64,000 nucleotides of DNA from Candidatus Cloacimonadales bacterium (GTDB taxonomy: Bacteria > Cloacimonadota > Cloacimonadia > Cloacimonadales > JAFGVF01). Position 1 is the stretch's first letter. Every line of letters starts with the position of its first letter. The stretch is from assembly GCA_963677495.2 (NCBI GenBank), contig CAXXOU010000004.1, forward strand, positions 384,001 through 448,000. Reading direction: 5' to 3'. Below, one piece after another: positions 30,991 through 40,561 of the stretch. A model generated the notes under the pieces. It ran no database searches. It had not been told where the DNA came from and worked only from the letters and a program-made list of their open reading frames with translations. The position numbers and the translations under genes were made by a program.

Positions 30991-33900
30991 TTATTTCAAA
31001 AGAACCATCTTCTTAGATTTCGTATAAGATCCTGCTTTTAGCTTATAGAAATAAACACCTGATGCAGTTGCTTGGTTACTGCTATCAAGCCCATCCCAAG
31101 AAACACTGTGATTTCCTTGCGGTTTAACATCATTTACTAATGTTCTAACATGCTGACCACGAACATTAAATACTTCTAGAGAAACATTCTGTTGCTTATC
31201 AAGATAGAAGCTGATACCAGTGGTGGGATTGAAAGGATTAGGATAACAACCAATAAGCTTTGTATTTTTAATAGCTTGCTGGTTCTCATCATTAGATACA
31301 ACCCTTTGATCAAATGTACAATCATCAATTGCGAGGGCTATTGCATCCTCTGTTATGCAATTAATGGCAACTCTGACTCTCTGACCAATAAAGTCTGTAA
31401 GTGAGAAGGCGTATTCTGTCCACTGTTCAGGTGGCTCTAAATAGTCGCCTGAAGATAGTTGAACAAAGTCTTCCGGGTTAGTAGAACCAGTTGAAATCAT
31501 AACTCTGATTCTATCATTCCCATAGCTATCATCAATTGTCTTTGCGAAGAAGCTGAAGGCAGAGTTCTCAATAACATCATAGTTAGGTGAGATCAGCCAA
31601 TCATCATTGGTTGAACCATTACTGGAGTTAGCTGAGAAAGCAACCATCTCTTTTGCTCCACTATGTGGTGTCCAGTTACCTGAAAGGGGAGGTACAGTTG
31701 CAGATGGGTTGAACAATATGAAAGAGGTGGATGCACCATTACCGGGGAAGGTTACGTTCATAGGATAGTTCTGAGTCTGATCCAAGTCAGCACTATGCCA
31801 AGGGTAAAGGTCTTGCGTGAAATCAGTGTAAACTTCAAAATCATCAGTCCAAGGAGTAGGGCTGAGGTTAAAGTCAATATTAACAGTCTCAGTATTTGAT
31901 TGTTCTGATTCACCTTCGGCATATACAGATGTGACATAATATTCTTCAAGCCCCTCTTCAGGTCCAATCTCCAGATATGATGTCTGTTCCCAATCATCGA
32001 TATTTGCCAGCAAAGAACCATTCTTATAAAGATTATATGAATCCGGGATATAAGAACGAGTGTATCCGGCATCCGTAAGTACTATCTCAATAAGCCAATC
32101 ACCATTCCAATCATAATCATCATGGGCTGATTGCCAGTTATCATTTACTCTAATTAAATCACTGATACCTTCGTCATAAGTGACATTATCCGAACCAAAT
32201 GTAGCATTAGCACCGGAACTTGCTTCTATAGCAACAATTATATCATTGTCAGCATTAGGAGTAAAAGGAGTTTCGATTAAAACATCTGTGAAACCTATGG
32301 GATTGATCTCTGGAATTGCTTGAGAAAGTGACAATGAACCATCAGATTCGTTATAAACATTGAGAGTATAGCTACAGGTTGTATCATTTGCATAGAACCT
32401 TACTCTATGCAGGTAAAGGCCTTCATAATCAGCTAAATCACTGCTTTCATATTTACATCCAACTTCGAAAGAAGTATCTATGCCAAGATTGAAATGTTCA
32501 TCAAGCTCAAGGTTTGAGTAGCTAAGCTCAAAATAGTCGCTTCCAAGAATATTCGGCATTGACCATTCCAGATAAACATTATTCTCATCTGTTAGATAAC
32601 CGTTTAAGGTTGTAGGTATCATAAGGGGATTGTATCCAGGTCCATTCCAATAGTCGAATGTTATAACCTGCCCACTCTCTGTTATACTTTCCACCGGGCG
32701 ATCGGTTGGTTGATTATTCCATGTTAAGGATGCAGGGTCTGTTTCATCCGTGAATGCATCATTTGTACCATGTGGGAAAGGGGCACTATAGCTGTTAAGT
32801 TCACCATTGGCAGATTCTATCTGAAGTCCTTTATGATTAGAATTATTAACATCATTAGATGATAAATGTTGTAAAATATATCCTTCATCGACATGGACGA
32901 TTAGCAAGCCGTGTCCCGGTACACTACCATTGTATCCAATCTGCTGCCTATTCTCAAGATAGAACCATTCATTATAGCCCGGGGTTTCTATAGCATAAGC
33001 TGTGTTGTTTGAGTTGGAATGAGTAATTGAATAGTTATCAGGAACTTCCAATATCTCACGATCCATCCAACCTAGAAAGTATTTACTCCAAGCGTTGTGA
33101 TGTGCAGGTTCCCATGAATTATTATTCCATGCACCTGAAGACATCAAATCCCATTCTCCAACACAGTCGGGGTCTTCTCCTGATGTTGTATTGTAATAGT
33201 CAGGTAGCCCTAACAGATGCCCAAATTCATGTGCACTAACACCAACACCTGCCTGCAAGCCCCAACTTCCTGACTCTCCTACTATTGCATAGTGAGAAAC
33301 TGTCACTCCATCGACATTTACGGGTATAGAAAAATTGGACATATGTGACCAGATGTCATTTGCACTACCGGATGTCTCCTGTCCCTGCCCTGCGTGTATA
33401 ATAATTACCCCTTCCACTGTGTTATCATTATCATTATCGAAATCTGCAAAGTTCACATAGGCATTGGCAGCCTGTACAGCGTGTGTTGCAAATGTTCTCC
33501 ATTGATCCTGGGGACCATAATAATCGTGTGTATTGTTTACTGTTACTATCGGACTAACAGTGGCTGTAGGGCTAAAAGTACCATAGGAGTTCTCTTCATA
33601 GTATGATTTGAAACATCCTGTGAAATTACCGGGATTATTCATCATATTCTCAAATGAGTTTGTTGTGTAGCTCATATTGTAATCTGTAAACTGGGCCGGA
33701 ATGACAAGAATATCAACATTACCAGATGTTGGAAAGTTACCCAGGCGTGTGGTTCTATTCGCTTCTCGCTTAACTACACATTGCTGACTACTGAATCTAA
33801 GGTGCTTCGAAATAGTTTGTATAAAGGTAGTTTCTTCTGAAGAACGAGACTCAATTGCGGAAGCTCGTACTTTAGAAGGTATCATATCACCTTTAGAATT

Positions 33901-34110
33901 GAGTATTGAGTATACTTTCCATCCATCATTATCTAATAGAGTGTAACCGTCAGAAGTTTCAGACCAGTGAATCCACTCATCACCCATCTGCTTGATTGTT
34001 AAGGTGGAACCATCCGGTTGAATGTACTCTATTAATCTTTTAGGTGCAGGAACTGACATCAAACTCATTACTAATACGGATATAAGTATAATCATTACTA
34101 ACTTTTTCAT
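30991..34110 (-). CDS. M6 (immune inhibitor A) metalloprotease with cleaved-adhesin-like domain and CTD
   Basis: GGAGG RBS, signal peptide, QPDG..GDE propeptide, HEFGHLLGLPD, WDLMSSG, NDDWLISP, CYPNPFNP. Confidence 0.92.
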   Translation of the reverse strand: MKKLVMIILISVLVMSLMSVPAPKRLIEYIQPDGSTLTIKQMGDEWIHWSETSDGYTLLDNDGWKVYSILNSKGDMIPSKVRASAIESRSSEETTFIQTISKHLRFSSQQCVVKREANRTTRLGNFPTSGNVDILVIPAQFTDYNMSYTTNSFENMMNNPGNFTGCFKSYYEENSYGTFSPTATVSPIVTVNNTHDYYGPQDQWRTFATHAVQAANAYVNFADFDNDNDNTVEGVIIIHAGQGQETSGSANDIWSHMSNFSIPVNVDGVTVSHYAIVGESGSWGLQAGVGVSAHEFGHLLGLPDYYNTTSGEDPDCVGEWDLMSSGAWNNNSWEPAHHNAWSKYFLGWMDREILEVPDNYSITHSNSNNTAYAIETPGYNEWFYLENRQQIGYNGSVPGHGLLIVHVDEGYILQHLSSNDVNNSNHKGLQIESANGELNSYSAPFPHGTNDAFTDETDPASLTWNNQPTDRPVESITESGQVITFDYWNGPGYNPLMIPTTLNGYLTDENNVYLEWSMPNILGSDYFELSYSNLELDEHFNLGIDTSFEVGCKYESSDLADYEGLYLHRVRFYANDTTCSYTLNVYNESDGSLSLSQAIPEINPIGFTDVLIETPFTPNADNDIIVAIEASSGANATFGSDNVTYDEGISDLIRVNDNWQSAHDDYDWNGDWLIEIVLTDAGYTRSYIPDSYNLYKNGSLLANIDDWEQTSYLEIGPEEGLEEYYVTSVYAEGESEQSNTETVNIDFNLSPTPWTDDFEVYTDFTQDLYPWHSADLDQTQNYPMNVTFPGNGASTSFILFNPSATVPPLSGNWTPHSGAKEMVAFSANSSNGSTNDDWLISPNYDVIENSAFSFFAKTIDDSYGNDRIRVMISTGSTNPEDFVQLSSGDYLEPPEQWTEYAFSLTDFIGQRVRVAINCITEDAIALAIDDCTFDQRVVSNDENQQAIKNTKLIGCYPNPFNPTTGISFYLDKQQNVSLEVFNVRGQHVRTLVNDVKPQGNHSVSWDGLDSSNQATASGVYFYKLKAGSYTKSKKMVLLK

Positions 34111-34269
34111 TGTACCTCCAGAGAAGCTGATACATAAATATGAAAACCTAATTCTATGCGTCAATAAATACTTTATTACTTAGGCTGTTAGGATATGTTT
34201 TTGTGAGAATGAAAAAACGGGTAAAGCGACCATTCTAAAAGTAGTAACATGAACTATGAGTCGATTCGT

Positions 34270-34310
34270 AAGTGTACCATTTAGAAGGTTTACAACCATT
34301 CTAAAGGTAG
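34270..34310. repeat. Degenerate copy of the 30892-30931 REP
   Basis: AAGTGTACCATTTAGAAGGTTTACAACCATTCTAAAGGTAG. Confidence 0.65.
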
Positions 34311-34348
34311 TTTAAATGCAATTCATTTATCCGTTTTTTCCAAAATTG

Positions 34349-34522
34349 CCCTGCTTCTTCCCTTCCAGTTCCCTGACATGGAAAGGTGTTTCAAAGGTTT
34401 CCCACAGGTGACCCTCTCGTGACCCTCTCGTGGAATGCCATAAGTTATTCACATCGTGTGGATAACTTGAATATTTATGGAAAACCTTCATTAGTCAGGG
34501 AACCGGAAGGGGGGGAGACAGG
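34349..34522. repeat. Composite element 2: outer IR + 11-bp phased arrays + inverted DnaA-box pair
   Basis: CCCT at 34349/60/71; GT-core at 34386/97, 34408/19/30; TTATTCACA-TCG-TGTGGATAA 34445-34465; IR 34360-34377 / 34494-34511 (1 mismatch). Confidence 0.8.
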
Positions 34523-34664
34523 CACAAATCAATTTCAATCAAAACCGGGTAGGTTTACCTTGGTATCATTTAGAAGTTCCTAATTCATAATTAGTAATTC
34601 TATTCGTAACTCATCATTAACACAAAACTTAAGAAGTAGAATGAAAATAGTTGCAATTTTTTAT

Positions 34665-34693
34665 TTGACATGATTTCGGTGATTAAATAGGTT
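34665..34693 (+). promoter_or_regulatory. Sigma70-like promoter for tRNA-Asp pair
   Basis: TTGACA-17bp-TAGGTT. Confidence 0.55.
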
Positions 34694-34740
34694 GCTTTCA
34701 CACGCAGTTGGCGTGGATATAGAGTGAATTAAGAGTATGC

Positions 34741-34817
34741 GGGGGTGTAGTTCAGTTGGTTAGAACGTCTGCCTGTCACGCAGAAGGTCGCGAGTTCGAG
34801 TCCCGTCACTCCCGCCA
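34741..34817 (+). tRNA. tRNA-Asp(GTC)
   Basis: GGGGGTG/CACTCCC acceptor, anticodon loop CTGTCAC, G73-CCA. Confidence 0.96.
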
Positions 34818-34854
34818 GTTTTTAAAACAAGCATACTCATTAATAGATCCCTTT

Positions 34855-34931
34855 GGGGGTGTAGTTCAGTTGGTTAGAACGTCTGCCTGTCACGCAGAAG
34901 GCCGCGAGTTCGAGTCCCGTCACTCCCGCCA
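34855..34931 (+). tRNA. tRNA-Asp(GTC), second copy
   Basis: Same as 34741-34817 except one variable-loop base. Confidence 0.96.
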
Positions 34932-34935
34932 GTTT

Positions 34936-34969
34936 AAAAAGCCTATTCACGAAAGTGGATAGGCTTTTT
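34936..34969 (+). terminator. Intrinsic terminator of tRNA-Asp operon
   Basis: AAAAAGCCTATTCAC-GAAA-GTGGATAGGCTTTTT. Confidence 0.85.
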
Positions 34970-34974
34970 CTATA

Positions 34975-35160
34975 TGAAGTTAACCGACTGCTTGTCGGGG
35001 CGTAGCTTTTAGCGAAGACTGATGTCGGTTTGCCTTGTAACGCATAGTTAAGTAGCTGATTGTATCGTAATTATTACCATCAAAGGTTACATGGCAGTAG
35101 CATCGACACAGACGATGCAGTCCAAAAGTGCTAACCCCGAAAGAGTTACCTCTGAGTAGC
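34975..35160. repeat. REPIN-like repeat, left copy (with nested insertion)
   Basis: GTTAACCGACTG[...]ATGTCGGTTTG...GGTTACATGGCAGTAGCATCGAC..GATGCAGTCCAAAAGTGCTAACCCCGAAAGAGTTACCTCTGAGTAGC matches 39425-39578. Confidence 0.8.
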
Positions 35161-35327
35161 TAAAAAAGTGATAGTACGATTTCACTTAAACATTTTGTAA
35201 ACCACTTCACATTCAACTAAAAAACTTCTTGTGTTCTAAAGATAATTGGAAATAGTATGTCACCAAGAATATCGGATGGAGATCTTAATGATACTCGGTG
35301 AGAAGGTCTTGCTAAAGGTGGTGTAGT

Positions 35328-36107
35328 ATGAGTAAATTATTCGACAGGCCAAAAGTAGTTCTTTATGTTTGTGTATCTATAGATGGGAGAATTACATTCG
35401 GGCCAAATACAACAATGTTTGATGCTTTTAACCTACCTGAACTTCATCAAATGCTTTGCACAAATGAAGAATGGGAAATCTTTTCTAAAGCAGTATTTTC
35501 TATTCATAAACCTGATATGTTTCTGGAAGGGAGTAATATGGTAGTAGCTGAAAATGAAGCATTAAAGGAACTTCCTAAATTCAAGGAAGACATAAATAAT
35601 TTGTTTGAAGATTTTATACCGGAATATATTTTGAACCATAAAAACAGAAAAACATGGACAGCAATAGTTGATGGAAGAGGTAGATTTCGAAATGGCTATA
35701 CGGCCGTTACAGATGACCCTGAAACATATATGGTACATCTTACAACCGAAACTGTTCCTCCCGATTATCTGGCTTTTTTGAGGTCAAAAAATATTCCTTA
35801 CATCATAGAAGGGCAGAATAAAGTTAACCTTCCTAAAGCATTGCAAAAAGTAAAAACAAAACTCAATGTAGATACAATTGCAACAAGCTCCGGTGGACGC
35901 TTGAGTGGTGCCCTTATTAGAAGTTCTCTCCTTGACGAGGTAAATTTACTACTCAGCCCTATAGTGATAGGAGGAGATAAAACACCTAAACTATTTACTT
36001 CTCCTGAATTGAATTGGCCTTCAATAAAACCTAGTATACTCACCCTTTTAGAGATGAAAGATATGAAGAATGGTAAGGTCTGGTTAAGGTATAAAGTTAA
36101 TTCCTAA
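35328..36107 (+). CDS. RibD C-terminal/DHFR-like reductase
   Basis: RPKV..VSIDGRI, IVDGRGR, GGRLSGAL..LLDEVNLLLSP. Confidence 0.82.
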   Translation: MSKLFDRPKVVLYVCVSIDGRITFGPNTTMFDAFNLPELHQMLCTNEEWEIFSKAVFSIHKPDMFLEGSNMVVAENEALKELPKFKEDINNLFEDFIPEYILNHKNRKTWTAIVDGRGRFRNGYTAVTDDPETYMVHLTTETVPPDYLAFLRSKNIPYIIEGQNKVNLPKALQKVKTKLNVDTIATSSGGRLSGALIRSSLLDEVNLLLSPIVIGGDKTPKLFTSPELNWPSIKPSILTLLEMKDMKNGKVWLRYKVNS

Positions 36108-36125
36108 TCAATTTTCATGTCTTAA

Positions 36126-36665
36126 ATGAATAACATTATAATTAGATACGCAACACTTTCAGATGCGAAAGCTATTACAGAACTGAAAGTTTCATGTTGG
36201 AAATCAGCATATCGGGGGATATTACCGGATGAGATGCTTGAAAAGTCTTCTGAACAGATGAAGAATGAAACTGAACATCGCGCAAAATGTATTGTAGAGA
36301 ACACTGATAATGGTTGGCCTAATATTGTTGCTGTACATTCTGGTCAAGTTATAGGATGGTGTGCCGGAGGGGTTAATCAAAATCCTGCATATAAACATGA
36401 AACTGATTTACAGGCAATATACATTCTTAAGGAGTACCAAAGAAAGGGCATAGGTAAGCTAATGGTAAAGGCATTTATTGATTTAATGCATGAACACGGT
36501 ATGCAATCAATGCTCATCTGGGTTCTAAAAGAGAATCACAATGCTATTAGATTCTATACAAAACTTGGTGGCAAGATAGTAGGAGAGAAGCTGTATCTCA
36601 AAAAGTATCCCGTGATAGGATTTGGTTGGGATGATGTAAAACAATTGGGGAGGAATAGTGGATAA
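36126..36665 (+). CDS. GNAT family N-acetyltransferase
   Basis: QRKGIGK acetyl-CoA motif, WVLKENHNAIRFY. Confidence 0.9.
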   Translation: MNNIIIRYATLSDAKAITELKVSCWKSAYRGILPDEMLEKSSEQMKNETEHRAKCIVENTDNGWPNIVAVHSGQVIGWCAGGVNQNPAYKHETDLQAIYILKEYQRKGIGKLMVKAFIDLMHEHGMQSMLIWVLKENHNAIRFYTKLGGKIVGEKLYLKKYPVIGFGWDDVKQLGRNSG

Positions 36666-36757
36666 GGAATTTGGCTCATTTAGTCACATACAGCTCAATG
36701 TCACTTCAAACATGTGATTCGACTATTTCCTCAAGATAATATATATATTTTCAGATC

Positions 36758-37318
36758 CTATATATTAACCACAGATCTCCAATACATCTTAAATGAGGAC
36801 TCTAAGAACTCATCAGTGTATTTATCAGGCATTATGTTTAGAAATGTGATAGTTGAGTTTGCAGCACCCATTGTGTAGATCATCAAGTAATTGATATCTT
36901 CATATATAATTGCACCATCCTCTACTGCATTTCTAAATACTTCAGCAAAGAAATCAAAGTGCTTTGAGGCTTCTTCAACTGTAGAAGACTTGATGTTAGT
37001 AGAACCAGAGAAGTTAATAAAGAATCTCATTAACTCTTTGTTCTCATATCCCCATTTTATATATGACTTCCAATAACTAAAAAGAGTATTCTTATGAGAT
37101 TCACTAAAATCCATATTCTCTTGGATATAGGTTGCAATGGTTACTTTAGCATAGAAATAAGCAGAATTAATCAATTCATCTTTATTCTTGAAATAGTGGA
37201 ACACTGTCCCATTGGATAATCCTGATCCCTTAACTATCTTTGCAACAGATGCTCCATTGAACCCAAACTCCAGGAAAATCTTTATGGCTGACTCTAATAT
37301 TTTCTCTCTATTACTCAT
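36758..37318 (-). CDS. TetR/AcrR family regulator
   Basis: REKILESA..F...GF..ASVAKI...SGLSNGTVFHYFKNKDEL. Confidence 0.92.
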   Translation of the reverse strand: MSNREKILESAIKIFLEFGFNGASVAKIVKGSGLSNGTVFHYFKNKDELINSAYFYAKVTIATYIQENMDFSESHKNTLFSYWKSYIKWGYENKELMRFFINFSGSTNIKSSTVEEASKHFDFFAEVFRNAVEDGAIIYEDINYLMIYTMGAANSTITFLNIMPDKYTDEFLESSFKMYWRSVVNI

Positions 37319-37380
37319 AATTACCTCTAACTCAATAGCTGTTTCTTAACTTTTTTTGTCAAGCCATAAATATAGAAAAA

Positions 37381-37465
37381 TAGAGAGTCTACTCTAATAT
37401 TAAGCAGGATGTATAGTGCAGAGGTATATAAATATCTTGACAGTAGAGTGAATGCTCTATAGCCT
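37381..37465. promoter_or_regulatory. Two TAGAG-N6-CTCTA operators; second lies in a TTGACA-17-TAGCCT promoter spacer
   Basis: TAGAGAGTCTACTCTA 37381-37396; TAGAGTGAATGCTCTA 37444-37459. Confidence 0.7.
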
Positions 37466-37510
37466 GTCTCCAGATTATGAAGAATAGTGTGATGTTTAGA
37501 AGGAGTGAAA

Positions 37511-38302
37511 ATGAAAACATTATATTTTACAGCTACAGGTAATAGCTTGCATATTGCTAAATCGATAGGCGGAGAGTTGCTCTCAATCCCGAAAATGGTT
37601 AAAGAGGGGATATTTGAGTTTACTGATGATAAGGTAGGTATTGTGTTTCCGGTTTATGGACACGGAGTCCCTTCCTATGTAGTAGATTTCTTAGAGAAAG
37701 CTAAGTTCAATACAAACTACCTCTTCGCAGTTGCAACATTTGGGGTTTACTCAGGTGCAGTAGCCACTCACATAATTGATGTCAGCAAGCAAGCAGGATA
37801 TTCCTTTTCCTACATAAATGCAATCTCGATGGTTGATAACTACTTACCAACTTTTGACATGAAGAAGGAGATAGCGAATGAGCCTAAGAAGAAAGTCGAT
37901 GAGAACCTTAGACAAATAAAGGCAGATATTGCCAGTTCAAAGAAATGGGTAATCCGTGAAAACTTCTTGCGGAAGCAGGGATTTAAGCTTCTGCATAGTA
38001 GGAAGAAACCCTTTAGTAAAAAACAGTTAAAGCTTCATATATATGGGGAAGGGATTGAGAACTATCAGTATAATGATAACAACTGCACCGGTTGTGGAAT
38101 CTGTGCAAAAGTATGCCCTGTGGACAATATTGTCGTAGATAGAGAGAATAAGAAGATAGAGCTTCAAAACAAGTGCTTCGCATGCTTTGCCTGCATCCAG
38201 AATTGTCCCTCACAGGCTATTCATATCAGAGGTGAGGTAAACGGTAACAGATACAGAAATAAAGATATTAATCTACAAGAGATAATCAAAGCAAATGATT
38301 AG
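37511..38302 (+). CDS. EFR1-type flavodoxin/4Fe-4S ferredoxin
   Basis: YFTATGNS, CTGCGICAKVCP, CFACFACIQNCP; AGGAG RBS. Confidence 0.87.
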   Translation: MKTLYFTATGNSLHIAKSIGGELLSIPKMVKEGIFEFTDDKVGIVFPVYGHGVPSYVVDFLEKAKFNTNYLFAVATFGVYSGAVATHIIDVSKQAGYSFSYINAISMVDNYLPTFDMKKEIANEPKKKVDENLRQIKADIASSKKWVIRENFLRKQGFKLLHSRKKPFSKKQLKLHIYGEGIENYQYNDNNCTGCGICAKVCPVDNIVVDRENKKIELQNKCFACFACIQNCPSQAIHIRGEVNGNRYRNKDINLQEIIKAND

Positions 38303-38320
38303 ATTACGAGGAGAGTAATA

Positions 38321-39268
38321 ATGGATTATAGCTTTGGAAAGAATGGTTGGACACCGGATAGAATTAGGGACTTAACAGGCAAAACATTCCTAATAACAGG
38401 TGCTACAAGTGGCACAGGTTTTGAAGCAGCTAAGATACTTGCATCCAAAGGTGCAAAAGTAGTAATGCTAAACCGGAACCCTAAGAAATCAGAAGGTGTG
38501 ATTGCAACTATCAAACAGGAAATCGGTAGCAAAGCAGATGTTTCTTACATAACTATGGACCTTGGAGTTCAAGCTTCAGTAAAAAAGGCAGCATCAGAGG
38601 TATTGAATACAGTTTCACGCATCGATGCTTTGATGTGTAATGGAGCGATAGCACAAGTACCCAAGCAACAGTTCACAGTGGATGGTTTTGAGAGCCAGCT
38701 TGGTGTTAATCACTATGGACACTTTACTCTACAAGCCCTGCTCTTTCCCTTGATCGAGAAATCTAAAGGTCGAATAGTTACGGTGGGAAGTATGGGCTAT
38801 AATATGGGCATTAAAACAATCAAGTTCGACGATATGAACTGGGATAAGAACTATAAACCAAACGATGCTTATAGTCAGAGTAAACTAGCGCAGATAATGT
38901 CTATTTATGAATTGCAGGATAGATTAGCTAAAGCCGGCAGAACAGATGTTAAAGCTTATGCCTGCCATCCCGGCTCCTCAAAAACATCACTCATAACAAC
39001 AAGTGGTAATCTGGCAACTCGCATCATGTTTAAACTAATGACCTTATCACCGATGGTTCAATCCGCAGAGAAAGGAGCATATCCTGAACTTATGTGTGCT
39101 ACAGAACCTAATCTTGATCAGAAAGGTTTCTATGGTCCGACAGGTCGCAGTTACTGGGTAGGTCCGGTAGGCGAGTGTAAGCTTGAACCACATGCAAAGG
39201 ATAAGAAAGTATCAAAGAGATTATGGGAAGTCTCAGAGAAAGCAACTGGTATTAAGTGGGATATATGA
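38321..39268 (+). CDS. SDR family oxidoreductase
   Basis: ITGATSGTG, DGFESQLGVNHYGHF, YSQSK, CHPG. Confidence 0.92.
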   Translation: MDYSFGKNGWTPDRIRDLTGKTFLITGATSGTGFEAAKILASKGAKVVMLNRNPKKSEGVIATIKQEIGSKADVSYITMDLGVQASVKKAASEVLNTVSRIDALMCNGAIAQVPKQQFTVDGFESQLGVNHYGHFTLQALLFPLIEKSKGRIVTVGSMGYNMGIKTIKFDDMNWDKNYKPNDAYSQSKLAQIMSIYELQDRLAKAGRTDVKAYACHPGSSKTSLITTSGNLATRIMFKLMTLSPMVQSAEKGAYPELMCATEPNLDQKGFYGPTGRSYWVGPVGECKLEPHAKDKKVSKRLWEVSEKATGIKWDI

Positions 39269-39269
39269 A

Positions 39270-39545
39270 TATGGATTTAACCGACGATGTCGGTCAAAAT
39301 GTGGAGTTAACCGACTGCGTCGGTTTGTCTTGTAATAGATAGTTTATTGGCAAAAATTAGTTTCATTATGCTTTCTGAAGGTTACATTGGCAGTTGCATC
39401 TACATAGTATATGCAGTCCAAAATATGGAATTAACCGACAATGTCGGTTTGTCCTGTGGCTCTTGGTTTAATGGCTAATTTTGTTTCATTATGCTTTCTG
39501 AAGGTTCCATTGCAGTTGCATCTACATAGTATATGCAGTCCAAAA
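39270..39545. repeat. Tandem ~124-bp REPIN units (TGGAGT-led palindromes)
   Basis: Units at ~39301 and ~39425; TAACCGAC-N3-GTCGGT and GCATCTAC-ATA-GTATATGC-AGTCCA; extra half at 39272. Confidence 0.85.
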
Positions 39546-39549
39546 GTGC

Positions 39550-39940
39550 TAACCCTGAAAGGGTTACCTATGAGTAGCACCGAATACAATTCGGGGTTTA
39601 GGAATACAGATTTATCCTAACCCCAACGGGGTTAAATTTGTTCAAGATTATGTTATGGCATATTCGACCCCGTTGGGGTCGCTGGCTCTTATGGGACATC
39701 CGACCATGCATTGCATGGCTACTCACATGCTATCCCTCTGGGATAAGCAAAGAGGACAGCAATAATGCTACCCTCATTTAACATAATCTCATACTTCAAG
39801 AAATGTGGGATAATGGCTTCAATGTTTATTAGCTGACTTATGTTATAGCATTTTATCCTGAAGGGATAACCTAATAATAGCCATGGTGCTTTAGCTCATG
39901 GATAAGATTTGATTTCCAAATCCCGACCCTGAAGGGGTCG
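39550..39940. repeat. Multi-hairpin REP-like elements (AACCC..GGGTT / CGACCCC..GGGGTCG type)
   Basis: Hairpins at ~39551, 39619, 39665, 39731, 39854, 39924; TGAGTAGC/GCTACTCA inverted linker. Confidence 0.75.
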
Positions 39941-40182
39941 CCCTTTTCACAGAATAACAATTTCAAAATTATCAATCACAATGAAATCTAAACAATTATC
40001 ACCCCTCATTGCACCATCACAATACCCAACCAGAAGTTGTCCGATTCCGGTGAGTCTCTTGAGGCTCTCTGGGGAAAATTAATAAGAGACTGACAAGATA
40101 AGGGGTAGAAAATGAAAGCTAATGTATCATTATTATGATAGTGGAATGAGAGACTCCAGCATTGCAATGAGAGCATAAACCA

Positions 40183-40332
40183 TTCCCCAGAACCACCAGA
40201 TTCATCTGGTGGCTTTGAACCATGTTTAAGCTTAATCCCCTCCCTCTTCGCTTTCCTAATGAAAGCGTAGAGGGAGGGGAGGAAAATAGTTTTAGAGTAC
40301 CTCCACCACTTGAAAGTGGTGGTTCTGGGGAA
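40183..40332. repeat. Nested inverted repeat (CCACC REP pair enclosing a CCCCTCCCTCT hairpin)
   Basis: TTCCCCAGAACCACCA 40183 / TGGTGGTTCTGGGGAA ending 40332; inner hairpin 40237-40279. Confidence 0.8.
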
Positions 40333-40373
40333 GCCAATATCCTATAGCCACTAAATATTACTACTCAATCGCT

Positions 40374-40503
40374 CCCTTTCAATTCCAACTCGACACTTAC
40401 TTCTCACTTACTAGACACTTACTACTCTCTTACTCAAACCAGTAAGTTAGACACAAGTTGTTGATAACTAACTAGATTTTGAATAGTATTTATTGAATGG
40501 GAG
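40374..40503. repeat. Composite element 3: outer IR + 11-bp CTTACT array + degenerate DnaA-box pair
   Basis: CTTACT at 40396, 40407/18/29; AGTAAG 40441; TTAGACACA-AGT-TGTTGATAA 40447-40467; CTCCCTTTCAA / TTGAATGGGAG flanks. Confidence 0.7.
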
Positions 40504-40561
40504 GAGAAAGAGGGAAGAAGTATTATCTCCCCATTCTTTCCTTAATCTCTCAGCAGTAATC

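Noticed and set aside
35255..35327. FMN or other riboswitch upstream of the RibD-like gene
   Set aside because: Only a weak hairpin; no RFN consensus recognisable
39270..39578. CRISPR array
   Set aside because: Units are ~124 bp with homologous spacers and degenerate repeats; no cas genes. The 11-bp arrays are far too short-period for CRISPR
40000..40110. Another 11-bp array
   Set aside because: Spacing is irregular (9-12 nt) and there is no consistent core
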